Shown here: positions 7,891 to 17,000 of the stretch, piece by piece
Position numbering within the stretch: the first letter of the stretch is position 1
Layout: each line of letters begins with the position of its first letter
Origin: a virus
Lineage: Duplodnaviria > Caudoviricetes
IMG/VR virus record: IMGVR_UViG_3300044657_000112
Span: 1 to 35,201 of that record
DNA length: 35,201 nucleotides
Strand: one strand, 5' to 3'
Made by a program: the position numbers and the translations under genes
Notes under the pieces: generated by a model
What the model saw: the letters and a program-made list of their open reading frames with translations, nothing else
What the model was told of the DNA's origin: nothing
The model's database searches: none

Positions 7891-8250
7891 ATGGATGAAC
7901 CTCTAAGAAATATTATTTTAGCTAAAGCCAAAGACGCTGTAAAAGAACGTGGTGAAAATTATGGAAGTCCATCGGACAATTTTAACATAGCAGCGTCTCT
8001 TTATGAAGCTCATCTAGGCGTCCCTATATCTGCTTTCGATGTTGGTGCTTTGCATATACTTAATAAACTCTCCAGATTACAGAATGATCCTACTCACTTT
8101 GACTCTTGGGTTGACATAGCTGGTTATGCTGCCGTTACTTGCGAAGCGATCTACGATATTGTAAATACTCAGCACCCTCATGAGGATCAGCAAAACATTG
8201 TACCCATGACACCTCGGATGGATTTGTCGGATCTATTACCTGAAGAATAG
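7891..8250 (+). CDS. DUF6378-like phage protein
   Basis: RGENYGSP..NF, K.SRL...P.H.DSWVDIAGYAA. Confidence 0.85.
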   Translation: MDEPLRNIILAKAKDAVKERGENYGSPSDNFNIAASLYEAHLGVPISAFDVGALHILNKLSRLQNDPTHFDSWVDIAGYAAVTCEAIYDIVNTQHPHEDQQNIVPMTPRMDLSDLLPEE

Positions 8251-9166
8251 CCTGACCATATTTCTGTTGCTCAAATCCTTTCACAAACGCATATGTATCG
8301 TGATACTTGTAGCCCCTAGCTCTTGCAAGCCAAGCTGTAGTCTCTTGCTCAACAAGCTCTATATGCGCTAATGCCCAGTTGTGTCTATGTCCAGAGATAT
8401 AAAGATGAGCATTAGATTTAAACTTTGCAGCTTTGATCTGTGCATGTAATGGATTCCACTGGCTATGCCCAGGCATATCATGCGCTGCTACAATCCGGCA
8501 CTCACGTTTGTTAGGGAATGTTAGAGCAATCCTAGCTTCCCAATTCTCAAACAAACAATCTGTCTGTGCCATCCACTTCAAAGGATCACCAGCACCAGAC
8601 CACATATCGTGATTGCCTCCAATTAGAACCATAGGGTTCATCTCTTCGATCAACCACTCAACAAGCTTCCAAGCTGTTTTGTGTGATGTATCCTGTTCGC
8701 CATAAAGACGCCCTAATCTACCCACCCAATTATTCTGCTGATCTCCAAGTGAACAACCATAAATACCTTCGTTGCTTTGGATTATATCAAGATGCTCTCT
8801 AAGGGAATCCCAGTCGCAATGGTTGTCATCAATGTGAGGATCGCCTAACCACAACAAACCAATAGGCTCGTCTGTGTGCATCCTGATCTTAGACCATTTC
8901 TTTGACTCACGATGTTTCTTGCGCTGCTTAAACCTTGTGTGCAAATGATCTACAATGTCATCAACAGGTATATCATCGTCTATTTTAACAGGGGATGTAT
9001 ATCCAATGTCAGCATCGTCAATAATGCCAGCTGCTTTACCAGCTCTCAGTCTGTACTGCAAAGTGCTTCTAGCAATACCTGACTCTCTTGATGCACTTCT
9101 TGTCCCACCATGCTCTTTAACAAGCTCGTAAGCTTGTATGATTAAGTCCATTTTACTTTCTGACAA
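8135..9166 (-). CDS. Calcineurin-like metallophosphoesterase with N-terminal HTH
   Basis: GDPH, GD, GNHD, H and GHRH motifs; N-terminal TRSASRESGIARSTLQYRL. Confidence 0.9.
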   Translation of the reverse strand: MSESKMDLIIQAYELVKEHGGTRSASRESGIARSTLQYRLRAGKAAGIIDDADIGYTSPVKIDDDIPVDDIVDHLHTRFKQRKKHRESKKWSKIRMHTDEPIGLLWLGDPHIDDNHCDWDSLREHLDIIQSNEGIYGCSLGDQQNNWVGRLGRLYGEQDTSHKTAWKLVEWLIEEMNPMVLIGGNHDMWSGAGDPLKWMAQTDCLFENWEARIALTFPNKRECRIVAAHDMPGHSQWNPLHAQIKAAKFKSNAHLYISGHRHNWALAHIELVEQETTAWLARARGYKYHDTYAFVKGFEQQKYGQAILQVIDPTNPSEVSWVQCFADPHEGAEYLQYRRSLRK

Positions 9167-9176
9167 AATGATTCCC

Positions 9177-9680
9177 CTATTTAATTAACGTGCTTGCCAT
9201 TGCTGCGCTAAATAATAGAAAGAAAAACAGGAATATAGCAAGAGCCATTACAAAAACTATTATTGCACCTATTTTAATGTTATCCATCATTTCATTGTGA
9301 GCTTTCTGAGCAGCTCTCTTGGATCTTAATTCTGCCTCTTTTGCTTCTTGTATTCTTCGGTTTCTTTCAGCAAGTATTTCTTTCCAAGTGTCAGGGCCAA
9401 AACGCATGTTAACCATGTTCGCTACTTCTTGTAGCTTCTCATTAGCTATCTTTGCGTCAATCATTTCCTGTGCAACACTTTGAACACCAAACTGATCTGC
9501 AATACCAACACCAGATTTCTTGTTACTGGCTTCCTGCACTTGCTTTTGACCAGTAAACAAGGCATCAATCTGCCCAGCTATCTGACCAATATCTTTTGCT
9601 GTACTAATGTTTTGTTTAATAAATTCAGTGGCTTGACGTACTAATGCAATGCCAGCAAGTGCTGTGCTTATTGGCTCCAT
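9177..9680 (-). CDS. Coiled-coil protein with C-terminal TM anchor
   Basis: Likely start MEPISTALAG, TAATG-coupled; RFGPDTWKEI motif; hydrophobic C-terminus. Confidence 0.8.
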   Translation of the reverse strand: MEPISTALAGIALVRQATEFIKQNISTAKDIGQIAGQIDALFTGQKQVQEASNKKSGVGIADQFGVQSVAQEMIDAKIANEKLQEVANMVNMRFGPDTWKEILAERNRRIQEAKEAELRSKRAAQKAHNEMMDNIKIGAIIVFVMALAIFLFFFLLFSAAMASTLIK

Positions 9681-9883
9681 TAAGATAACATCCCTTCTTT
9701 TAAAGGTTGGCAACGCCATGAAATTGGCATTAAGCCATTAGCCATCTCACCAACATCTCTACCCATTTCTAATGCACGACTCTTACATTCTTTGTGGGTA
9801 AAGTATGGGCCTCTTATGTCGTGGAACTCAATGCACTGAGTAGGGTCTGCTATCGCACAGGCTAATACAATAGCCTTAAACAT
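9680..9883 (-). CDS. Small Cys-containing protein
   Basis: MFKAIVLAC...C...GPY....C...WRC. Confidence 0.75.
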   Translation of the reverse strand: MFKAIVLACAIADPTQCIEFHDIRGPYFTHKECKSRALEMGRDVGEMANGLMPISWRCQPLKEGMLS

Positions 9884-10043
9884 CTTCTTTCTTCTTTAGG
9901 CTTTGATATATGCGTATGACCGCAAGACCAATACCCAACACAGTAAAGGCTAACGCCATCCACTCATTTAGTGGTTCAAGCCAAACAGGACTAGTAATAG
10001 CACCAGTAGCAATCGCAATATCTGTGTGCAAGTTGTTGTTCAT
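9876..10043 (-). CDS. 55-aa holin-like membrane protein (not in ORF track)
   Basis: MNNNLHTDIAIATGAITSPVWLEPLNEWMALAFTVLGIGLAVIRIYQSLKKKEDV; fills the gap in the operon. Confidence 0.75.
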   Translation of the reverse strand: MNNNLHTDIAIATGAITSPVWLEPLNEWMALAFTVLGIGLAVIRIYQSLKKKEDV

Positions 10044-10052
10044 TTCAATCTC

Positions 10053-10364
10053 TTACGTTTCTGAATTAGCAGCCTCGGCTTCGGCGGCAGCTGCTTCGGC
10101 GGCAGCTGCTTCGGCGGCAGCAATAGCAGCTTGTTCTGCATCATAGGCGGCTTGCCAAGCGTCTACACACCATTGGTATGGAGACAAATCTGTGATTGCT
10201 GTGTTAACAGGGTTGCCATCATCATCCTTGCTTTCGACATCACCGTTCGTGTCGTACCATTGCAGCGCGTGAAACTCGCTAGGCAGCGCAGATAGGTCTA
10301 ATTCTGTGTAGGCAACACCGTCTTTTAATACTGTGCGATCTTCTTTAATTATTGATACTCTCAT
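10053..10364 (-). CDS. Tail-fibre-associated protein with Ala/Glu-rich tail
   Basis: HALQWY..GDVE motif; follows the fibre genes; ATGA coupling. Confidence 0.75.
   Translation of the reverse strand: MRVSIIKEDRTVLKDGVAYTELDLSALPSEFHALQWYDTNGDVESKDDDGNPVNTAITDLSPYQWCVDAWQAAYDAEQAAIAAAEAAAAEAAAAEAEAANSET
10078..10121. repeat. 15-bp tandem repeat, about 3 copies (encodes AEAAA)
   Basis: GCTTCGGCGGCAGCT x2 plus GCTTCGGCGGCAGC. Confidence 0.9.
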
Positions 10365-10666
10365 TGTTTTACCTCAATCATATCTACAAGGGTTGGGTTT
10401 TTAATTTTTTCTAGCAAATCGTGGCTAGTTTCATTTTGCTTAACCATCTCATTGCGGAAGCTTTCAACTGCCGCACCTGTCTGGCGTGATTGCTGTGCGT
10501 TCTCAATAAGAAGCATTGGCATCCAAGCCATAGCGCAGCCAAACTCATCTACGTGCTTGCCAGTGTTAGGATCAGTGCCAGCCAGCTTTACAAACCAAGC
10601 GCAGTCTAACTGTTTGCAAGGCTCAAAGCTGTTGAGAGGGCAATTATGTTTTACATCAAGCTGCAT
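10361..10666 (-). CDS. Cys-rich tail-fibre-associated protein
   Basis: CPL....C....CAWF ... CAMAWMPMLLIEN; TAATG-coupled to the fibre gene. Confidence 0.8.
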   Translation of the reverse strand: MQLDVKHNCPLNSFEPCKQLDCAWFVKLAGTDPNTGKHVDEFGCAMAWMPMLLIENAQQSRQTGAAVESFRNEMVKQNETSHDLLEKIKNPTLVDMIEVKQ

Positions 10667-11370
10667 TAGTCTTTACTCGCTATAATAAGGTCAACATATT
10701 CGACATTAATAGCGGCTGCACCACCGCTAAAAGTTGCTGATAATGAGTGACTGTGTGAACTGCCGCTACCTGTGGTGTTTGTAGAGTAACTAGCATATTC
10801 ATAAGTGTTTGCGGGAAAAGATGTTGGATGCCAAGCCATAATCTTGCCAGCTGGACTTTTGCTGCTGCTGCCAGAATTAAAATAAGCAACGTTTATTGTG
10901 TGATTGTGGCTTGGAACTTGAGAAGTGGTCAGCGTGTGTGCGCCAGTAGAACCTGAAACAGTACCAGTAACAGTCGGTGTGCCAAAAGCTGTTGTAAATG
11001 CGCTTGAACCACCAGAACCAACAGTGCCACTTACAACTCGCAATGCTTTATCGTTGTGCGTTGTTTGTTTTGTCCAGCCACTAGGCGCAGTGGTTTGCTG
11101 AAATAGCATCAGTGTACCTGACGCAAACGAAACTATACCAGTCAGGTTTGAGCCATCAATGGCGGGCAATGGGTTAGGCAGTCTTGCCCCATCCAATGTG
11201 CCTGTTGTTAATGAAGCTGCGTTCACCGAATTAGCTGGCAATCTGGCAGCATCAAGTGTGCCAGTTGTTAAAGCAGACGCATCATTAGAAGCGGGAACAT
11301 TATCTAATGCCCCCGCTACGATGTCGCCGTTAGCGTCAACTAGGTTTGCAATGTCTCTTGCTCTAGTCAT
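10666..11370 (-). CDS. Short tail fibre (collar-like domain plus HxH tip)
   Basis: MTRARDIA start, LTTGTLD repeats, APSGW, HTLTTSQVPSHNH, SHSH. Confidence 0.85.
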   Translation of the reverse strand: MTRARDIANLVDANGDIVAGALDNVPASNDASALTTGTLDAARLPANSVNAASLTTGTLDGARLPNPLPAIDGSNLTGIVSFASGTLMLFQQTTAPSGWTKQTTHNDKALRVVSGTVGSGGSSAFTTAFGTPTVTGTVSGSTGAHTLTTSQVPSHNHTINVAYFNSGSSSKSPAGKIMAWHPTSFPANTYEYASYSTNTTGSGSSHSHSLSATFSGGAAAINVEYVDLIIASKD

Positions 11371-11387
11371 TTATATTCTCCGCTTCA

Positions 11388-13982
11388 TTAATTTTTGCTC
11401 GCCATAATTGCATCAACATACTTTACGTTGATTGCAGCTACGCCGCCTGAGAATGTTGCTGAAAGTGAGTGGCTGTGTGAGCCGCCGCCGCCTGTTGGCC
11501 CAGTACCATTAGCCGCAGTACTTTGAAATTGTATTGTAGCCGTTCTCTGGTCATCAGCCCCCCATGCCTTTGTATTTGCTGCTGAACCATTTAAATCACT
11601 ATCAAATTGATATGTACGCGCAGCGTGTTGGTGACTTGGCATCTGAGAGGTGGTTAGTGTATGAGAGCCAGTAGAACCGGAAATAGTACCTGTTACGCTT
11701 GGCGTTGCCAGTGCAGTAGACAATCCAGTTGAACCACCGCTGCCTACTGTGCCACTAACGATACGCAATGCAGCATCATCGTCTGTAGTTATCTTAGTCC
11801 AACCTGTGGGGGCTGCGGTCTGACCAAACAGCATCTTTGTGCCAGAAGCAAAAGCCTCAACGCCTGTTAGTGCAGAGCCATCGCCAGCATATGATGTTGC
11901 TGTAACTGCACCACCGGCTGTAACTGTAACCTGATCGTGATTAGCAATGCCAAGGCTAGATAAAGTTGGCGTTGCAACTGTTCCCCACGAAGCAAGAGAG
12001 CCATCTGTAGTAAGATATTTACCACTGTTTCCTGTTTGGCTTGGAAGTGCATCTACATCACCGGCTTCAAAGTCACCTGATGTGCTATTAAAAAGCAACG
12101 CTTGACCATTGGTAACTCCAGTCGTGTTTACATCATTGGCATCGTTGACGCTGAAGTTGCTGATAGAGAAAGTGCCGTAAGCTACAGTATCTAATGTGTC
12201 ACCCGCTGCCGCACCTGTTGCTAAAACAATGTCGGTGCCGCTTGTCGCTGTAAAATCTGTGCCAACAATTAGCTTAATACCGTTGAGGAACACATCAATG
12301 TAACCAGCGTCATATGTTGCAGCAAATGTGGTTTGACCAGCCGTTGCTGTGTGAGTTGTGCGCTGTGATGTTCCGTTTACTGATGAGCCAGCGTTCTGGA
12401 AACCTGACGCACCATACACTTTCATAGTATCTGATGATGTATCAAACCAGAGATCACCTGTTGTTGGTGATGATGGTGCTGTCGCTGAGATAAAGTAAGT
12501 ATCACCGAAAGCGTTGATGTCAGCTAGATTGTTTGATGCGTTGATAACAGCGGCAATGTCTGCACCAACAGCATTGACGTTAGCAATGTTGTTAGCCACT
12601 ACGTCAATCTCTGAGGTGGCCTCATTAAGATCGTTAGCTACTGTGACTACTTTAGCTACTTCAGCCGCAATTGCTGAAATATCAGATGCGTTGGTGGCCG
12701 CAGCAGTAACGTCAGCAGCAATTCCAGCCACGGTTGTAATGTTAGCAGAGATGCCAGCCGCAGTGTTTACGTTAGCAATGTTTGTTGCCACGGTTCCAAT
12801 GTCAGTTGCATCAGCAGCGACAGCGTTAATGTTAGCTGTGTTACCAGCAACAGAGTTAACATTGGCAATGTTAGTTGACACGGTGCCAATATCAGAAGCA
12901 TCAGCGGCTACTGCATTAATGTTAGTGGCATTTCCTACCACAGCGTTAATGTTAGATGCGTTACCAGCAACCGATGTCACATTAGCTGCAATGCCTGAGA
13001 CTGTAGTTACGTCAGATGAGATGCCAGCCACAACACCAATGTCTGTTCCATCAGCCGCCACTGTAGTTACGTCAGCAGAAATACCGGCAACCGTGTTGAC
13101 GTTAGCAATGTTAGATGAGACTGTACCGATATCAGTTGCGTCACCCGCTACTGCGGTCACATCTGCCGAAATACCGGCTACTGTAGTTACGTTACCTGAA
13201 ATTCCGGCAACAGTGGTGACATTGGCGTTATTGCCAGCCACTGTATTAATATTGGTTGTGTTTCCAGCTACTGTGTTGATATTAGATGTGTTGCCAGAAA
13301 CGGTTGTAACATTGCTAGATATGCCAGCTACTGTGGTTACATTTGCAGCAATGGCAGCCGTATCACTAATAGCATCTGTTGCTACAGTGCCGTCCTCGAT
13401 GTCAGCAAGTGTAGCAATATCAGCAGCCAAAGCACCAACAGTTGTTACACCAGCTACAGTAGGCCCTGCTTCTGGCTCACCAGTTACAGCATTAAACGCA
13501 AGAGTAGTACCCTTACGAGTGTTAAGGTTAGGCAGTTTAAGATCTACAGTTCCATCTGAATCTGCAAGCTGCAAAGTACGAGTAATCTTTGTCTCAAGCT
13601 CTTGCTCAATAGCAATGATCTTATCAAGCTCTGTATTAAGAGATGAAATGTTGAATGGGCCTGATGTTGGAAAGTCACTAGTACGTTCAACAGCAATATC
13701 ACGGAACAATGTAAATGTATCTGTGCCAGCAGAATAAGAGTCACCCAAGGTTACATAACCACCTGAGAAACCATCATCTACAGCAACGCCGACAACAGCA
13801 AAAGTGCCAGTACCAGTTCCTCTGGTAAGCACAGTATCTGTTCCAGCTGCATTAGTAACAATTACATTAAGATCATCCAAACCAAAGAATGGAAAATCAA
13901 TCGTAAGCTGAGTAGTATTAGCAACTACCGCTTGCGTGTATTGTACTCTTGCATCATCATCTGCTATTTGGATTGTCGCCAT
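11388..13982 (-). CDS. Long tail fibre protein
   Basis: T7 gp17-like N-terminus (DFPFF, LNTELDK), repetitive shaft, GDLWFDT, collar plus HxH tip. Confidence 0.9.
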   Translation of the reverse strand: MATIQIADDDARVQYTQAVVANTTQLTIDFPFFGLDDLNVIVTNAAGTDTVLTRGTGTGTFAVVGVAVDDGFSGGYVTLGDSYSAGTDTFTLFRDIAVERTSDFPTSGPFNISSLNTELDKIIAIEQELETKITRTLQLADSDGTVDLKLPNLNTRKGTTLAFNAVTGEPEAGPTVAGVTTVGALAADIATLADIEDGTVATDAISDTAAIAANVTTVAGISSNVTTVSGNTSNINTVAGNTTNINTVAGNNANVTTVAGISGNVTTVAGISADVTAVAGDATDIGTVSSNIANVNTVAGISADVTTVAADGTDIGVVAGISSDVTTVSGIAANVTSVAGNASNINAVVGNATNINAVAADASDIGTVSTNIANVNSVAGNTANINAVAADATDIGTVATNIANVNTAAGISANITTVAGIAADVTAAATNASDISAIAAEVAKVVTVANDLNEATSEIDVVANNIANVNAVGADIAAVINASNNLADINAFGDTYFISATAPSSPTTGDLWFDTSSDTMKVYGASGFQNAGSSVNGTSQRTTHTATAGQTTFAATYDAGYIDVFLNGIKLIVGTDFTATSGTDIVLATGAAAGDTLDTVAYGTFSISNFSVNDANDVNTTGVTNGQALLFNSTSGDFEAGDVDALPSQTGNSGKYLTTDGSLASWGTVATPTLSSLGIANHDQVTVTAGGAVTATSYAGDGSALTGVEAFASGTKMLFGQTAAPTGWTKITTDDDAALRIVSGTVGSGGSTGLSTALATPSVTGTISGSTGSHTLTTSQMPSHQHAARTYQFDSDLNGSAANTKAWGADDQRTATIQFQSTAANGTGPTGGGGSHSHSLSATFSGGVAAINVKYVDAIMASKN
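12514..13360 (-). repeat. Degenerate coding repeats of the fibre shaft
   Basis: Many (N/D)(V/I)(T/N)(T/A)VA(G/A) units. Confidence 0.85.
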
Positions 13983-13990
13983 AATATCCT

Positions 13991-14026
13991 CTTATACATT
14001 GTTGGCTTCATTGCGTTAATTCACAT
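13991..14026 (-). promoter_or_regulatory. Putative late promoter ATGTGAA-TTAACG-N17-TATAAG
   Basis: 12-mer ATGTGAATTAAC shared with 25463-25474, upstream of the capsid gene. Confidence 0.55.
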
Positions 14027-17000
14027 CTATTCCCCAAAAACACCATCATAAATAGGGTCAAGGTAAAATAGGTTTCCTGTTGGAGTGACAAACCTAGCAT
14101 TGTCCAATGTTTGCTGATCTGCATTAAATGTAACAACATCCCCCATGATGCTGCTAAGATTCATTGCATTGGAAATTCCAGGGCCAAGAACAGCTCCAGC
14201 TTTTGCAGAATCAGGCAGTCCATACTGAGGCTGATCTGTAAGGAAAGGTCTCATACCTAACTTGTAATCCGATACTTTTTCTACAGCATTATTAACATCC
14301 ATAGCCCATCCAAGTATTCCTGATCTGTCTACAGCATTTATAAGCTTTTCATCAAAAGACTCTTCTTTATCAATACCATACTGAGCTTTCTTGAACTCGT
14401 TGACCGCAGCTGCAAGACCAACAAGAAGAAACGCTCCTTGCCAAAAAGCACCATCACGCTCTTGCAAGCCAGATGTAAGCATACGAACCATTGCACCCTG
14501 ACCATATGACTTAAACTGAGTAATAAAAGATCCCATCTCAGTAGATGTCCACAAAGCACGATCACCAGCCCCAGGGGTAATAATCATACGCTCAACATTT
14601 TGATTTAACGCATTTCTATAAAGAATACGCATCTCAGCATCAGTCCAAGAGTCAGTGTTTGCAAACCACTCTCTTTCAACTCTACGCCCATGCCGTTGTA
14701 TCTGCTGCCTAATGCGATAGTGATCTCCACGATCAATACCATTCTTTAACAACTTCTCTTTGTCTGCTCTGGATAAAGCTTCCCAAGTTGTCATTAAAGC
14801 ATTGTTCATCCTAAACATTGTAACTGTGCCAGCAAATTCCTTTAGGGCTTGGTTCCAGTAGTTTAGGCCGTTCATTAAAAAGAACATTCCAGTAGCTTGA
14901 TTAAGCCCACGTTCAAATCCATAACGTGAACCAAACATATCTCCAATGTCGCTCATTGCATGCGCTCTGAGTCCAAGAACCGCATCAGCAGCAACAGCGG
15001 CTTGATTCAATTCCCTTCTTCTCATTCTTTTTACATAACCAGCTTGCTCTTTGAACAACTGACGGAAACCACCTTCATAGGTGTTCTTAAAACCTTCAAC
15101 CATTACTGTTCTGGCAACATCTGGCACAGAAGAAATCATTGCGCTTCCCATACCAGCAAGCACATTAAAAGATTTCATAACCCTAATAAACCTACTGCTA
15201 ACAGCATGAGGGTCTTTAGATGCACCGTAAGTACCACGCAGCCTGTCACGCAAACCACGAATATCCTCGATGTCACGCTCCATCCCTTTCTTGAGAGCAG
15301 CACGTCTTTCTGCGTTAGGAGCTTCTCTCATAAGCCTTTCATAATCTGAAACAATGTTGTCAATGACTGACTTCATGTCGGGGCTTCCATACTTAGCTGT
15401 AAGCTCAATATCCATACCCATAGTCTTGGTATGGTGACGCATTAACACCTCGATGTCACTTTCAAGAAACTTCTCTATCTCAATGTCAGGTATTTCTAGG
15501 CTTCTTGCATGAACGCCTGATGGGTTTTTTGCCCAATCAAGTGAGTCAACAACCTCATCAGCATCATAAAACGGTCTGTTTCTGGTAACAGTGTCTAATA
15601 CATTCTGAGCAAATGTGTCTGCGCTGCCTTGATCCATACCCATTCTTGTAATGGCATGGCGTTTAACAATAGACAGAAACTCATCCTGATGTTTCATGAT
15701 CATGTCAATGCGATAAACACGAGGCACATAACCATCGGCTGTATTTGGCGTAACACCTTCAGCTCTAATTCTCTCTAGGCTGCGCTGTAGTCTAATACCT
15801 TCTGGGCTTTGTTCACCTACACGCTGTATCTCACGAAGAATCTGTGCTTCAAACAAGCGCACTCTTTCTGCTTCCTGTTTAATAAAGTTAAAGTTCTTTC
15901 TGTATGACTGTGCAGCTTGAGTAACATACTCAGATGCAGCATCACCAACATCATCAACATCACCCCTACGCATGGCTTTTGCCACACGAATACGGAACTG
16001 TGTTTCTGTTAAATGACCACCGCTTCTATTAAGAAGATCGCCAGCAGACATTTTAATCATCTGCATAGAGCGAGATATATCAGTATCAGCAGGAGTTACA
16101 CCACGATAACGCAAGTAAGCTGTATCTGACTCTCTTACAGTGTTGAGCAAAGGAGACAGATATTTTGTCCTAAATGTGGTTTCTACAGACTGATCCATCT
16201 TTTCTCCAAGATCGACCTTCTTCTGCATCATACCGCCAACATCAACCATACCAACCGCAAGGTTGCGAACAAATGCGTTATCGCTCTTCAACATACGAAG
16301 AACAGGGTTCCAGGGCAACTTCTCTACACCAATGCCTGTTTCTTTCAGAGCATCTTGCTCCATAGTGGCATAGAGAGTTTCTCTGTAACGCTCTGGTGAT
16401 ACGTTTGCACCAGCTGCTTTGTAGGTTCCCCCACCACTGCCAGTTGGTGTGAATCCGCTTGTTGGTGAAAGCCTATTACCAAACTTAGCTGTAAGAGTAC
16501 CACCCACCAAACTCAATGCTGTTAAAGCCAAAGCAGAATGAGATGCGTCTCTGTATTCGTTTTGAGACGCAATCAACATTTCTTCTGGTGCAAGAATAGC
16601 CGCTGTAAAAGCAGTACCCCCAACAAACCTTCTTGTCTTTGATGCTGAGTTCAATACCTTAATAGGAGCTAATGGAGCAAAGGTAGTTGGAGTAGCTAAA
16701 GTAGCTACTACTTGTGCTGGCCCTGATGCTGTTGCAGCAAGAAGTGCCATATCCTCTGCGTCTTCTTTGAAGTTTTCTAACTTCATCATAGATTCAGCAT
16801 GGCCTTGACTGTGCATAAAACGCCATAGTCCGTCCTTACCACCAAGCTCTCTTATAAGGTTTTTGTCCTGAAAAGGATCATATCCCTCTTCAGGCTGATA
16901 CTGTGAGTCTGTTGATTTTACAAGACGTTGCAAGGATGGAAGAAAGTTATGTTGCCTAAAAGCGGCACCCCATACAGATGTAAAACTACTATCAAACACA

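Noticed and set aside
12514-13737. 407-aa plus-strand ORF
   Set aside because: Antisense shadow of the repetitive tail-fibre shaft; no RBS or motif
10666-13982. Diversity-generating retroelement, given the BPP-1-like structural genes
   Set aside because: No reverse transcriptase ORF, and the duplicated fibre ends differ at all base types rather than only at adenines
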